Shown piece after piece: positions 62,301 through 64,000 of a stretch of DNA of 64,000 bases. This DNA is from Lepidodermella squamata. Its lineage: Eukaryota; Animalia; Gastrotricha. Each line of letters begins with the position of its first letter. The stretch's first letter is position 1. The stretch covers positions 2,418,001-2,482,000 of the forward strand of contig JBLDXI010000032.1 in the NCBI GenBank assembly GCA_047495785.1, written 5' to 3'. The notes under the pieces were generated by a model. That model was not told the origin of the DNA. It did no database searches and worked only from the letters and a program-made list of their open reading frames with translations. The translations under genes were made by a program, and so were the position numbers.

Positions 62301-64000
62301 TATCGCCACTTTCTTCGCAACTGGCGGCAATTTTCGCGCAAATCTCCTCCCAGTTTTTCGACTCGAAAGTCTCGGAAAGGCCACGAAGTTGTTCATAGCA
62401 ATGGGTCCATTTCATTTCCATCAAAATGTCCTCGCGCGGCCATAACGGCCGGCGAAATACGTGCCCAAGATACAGTGATGTGAATTCATGCGCATCGTTC
62501 AACACTGAACGGCACGATGAAGATGCCATTTGCATGAGTTGGAAGTTATGCGTGACTTTACTCAGCCGAAAAAACAGAAGGCAATGCCGAATTTTGTCAA
62601 TTCGCCGCTGTTCTACTGTCCCGCGATACTTCAGAGACGGAACTAAAATGCTCGGCATGGTTACGCAATCTATTTCATTGGTCAGATCTAGCTTGACCGG
62701 GGGCGACGTGAAGCTTGCTAAATAGTTTTGATCCTCAGTGGTTGGCGTCAGAAATTCGACAACAGCTTCCAGGAAAACTCGAACTATTTCGCAAACGGAA
62801 ATGTTGTAATAGTCATCAAGCGCATTGAACGGTTTCACGTCTTCGAACTTTCGGAACTGTTCGTATAACAGGCAGAAACCAATGCAATCATCTTTATCCC
62901 AAATGTGGGTAGTCGATAACTGGACTAGCCGATCAAGGGCAATTTTGACCAATTGCCTTAAACACTCGCCCTTCTGACTCCAAGCGTCGATTTCTTCGAA
63001 TAAATCAACGTCAGCCAGTTTAGGTCTCGAGGGCCCGTCTTCACCGTTGGTCGAAGCCTGCGATGTCGATAATCTACGTTGAGAGCCTACGCTCGCAGGT
63101 TGATCGCAAGTTTCAGCCTGGTCACATAGGCCTTTTAATTGAGCAATGTACTTCAATACTTTCGCCCTTCCGCCTGGAGTGCTCGAAAGCTGACTTCCAG
63201 GTTTCGACTGCGACAAATTCGCGGTATTTCTCGACGCTCGAGTGCTTTGTTGAGGGGTAGTTGGCATACGCTGTGAGCCAGTTTGAACCGATGCGCGGGC
63301 ATCATCGACTGCCGACGGCTCTTCTTTCAAAATTTTGAAAGGAGAGTCCAGGTAATTTGATTTTTCATTTACAGCCTCATCGCATGCTTTGGCTAGGTAT
63401 CGGCAAATTTCCAGGACAGTCACTTTCCGGTCGGTTTGAACTTGAAGTTTAGTCGACGGAAGAAAATCAGACGGTTGAGAGGGGACAATCGATGATATAA
63501 TTTCAATGTGGTGTTTACTGATATTTTCACATTCAGTAATAATCTGCGAATAACATGAATTTTGCAAAATGGATCAACTATTTTGTTGATTTTTTACCCT
63601 CTGGTCAAATAATTGCTTGTCAAGCAAACTGGCACTCTCTTTGATTGATCGATTGTATTTGACGATAGTAGGTTCCCGTTTCAATATTTCGAGGCATAGC
63701 GTATGACCAGCGACGAACAGCGAATTTTCAGCAATTCCTTGCAGACAATAAGAGATGCAATCTGAAATTCATAAGAAATCATTTAGCATACTTATTTAAT
63801 ACCGCAAACTTGCCGTCGTAAAGGCCGATAACAAACAGGCATTGGCATAGTTTGATGAGTGAAGCCCAGTGCATTCCTGGGCAATTGGCCACAGCCTGTT
63901 GCCTCGTAAATTATGTTTCGAATCTCAGTTGAACGATTTTCTTACCTCTTTAAATACTGGAAATGCTTCGTACACTGTTCGGGTTTTAATCAGCAAGCAG
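59323..64000 (-). CDS. CABIN1: CABIN1 (HIRA chaperone complex subunit), 5'-partial
   Basis: HWASLIKL..., YLQADH, FDAWAGMALA, WFCLYMLGK, FELFYRIHADILK, CSTRFPEHFKSRYRMA and GFWR..DFDRRGTF correspond to conserved CABIN1 blocks. Confidence 0.88.

Noticed and set aside
60046-63260. Antisense and alternative-frame ORFs over CABIN1 (and similarly over EIF3B and other genes)
   Set aside because: Shadow ORFs of long coding exons with no independent motifs.

Overview
This is eukaryotic DNA from a compact-genomed invertebrate animal; I cannot assign the species. Genes are densely packed and almost all introns are about 47-65 nt GT-AG. DNAAF5 and a TSSK imply motile cilia or flagellated sperm. Recognisable conserved genes lie at both ends: EIF3B (5'-partial), a divergent class A GPCR and a TSSK on the left; PDPK1, MRPL35, DDX47, ECSIT, an amine-type GPCR, DNAAF5, PPA, NDUFB1, SNX8 and CABIN1 (5'-partial) on the right. 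Between them, a ~26 kb block (7.4-33.7 kb) holds only predicted secreted or membrane genes, mostly in tandem families: (i) a protein with five copies of a 12-Cys module I do not recognise, plus a GPI-type mucin paralog with one module; (ii) two LIV-1/ZIP transporters that have lost the HExPHE histidines and gained a TM7 His pair; (iii) four CFV(D/N)PC-module + WAP genes, two with Pro/Gly-rich heads; (iv) a Q/N-rich Sushi + Kunitz-like gene; (v) five two-repeat 'mini-cadherin' receptors. Several housekeeping gene pairs are separated by only ~105-206 nt with a splice acceptor just before the downstream ATG, which suggests operons resolved by trans-splicing. Mobile DNA comprises two inverted copies of a ~490 bp TA-flanked MITE, a 5'-truncated LINE with a 9 bp TSD, and older relics. 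All gene models were spliced by eye and no database search was possible, so novelty claims are provisional.
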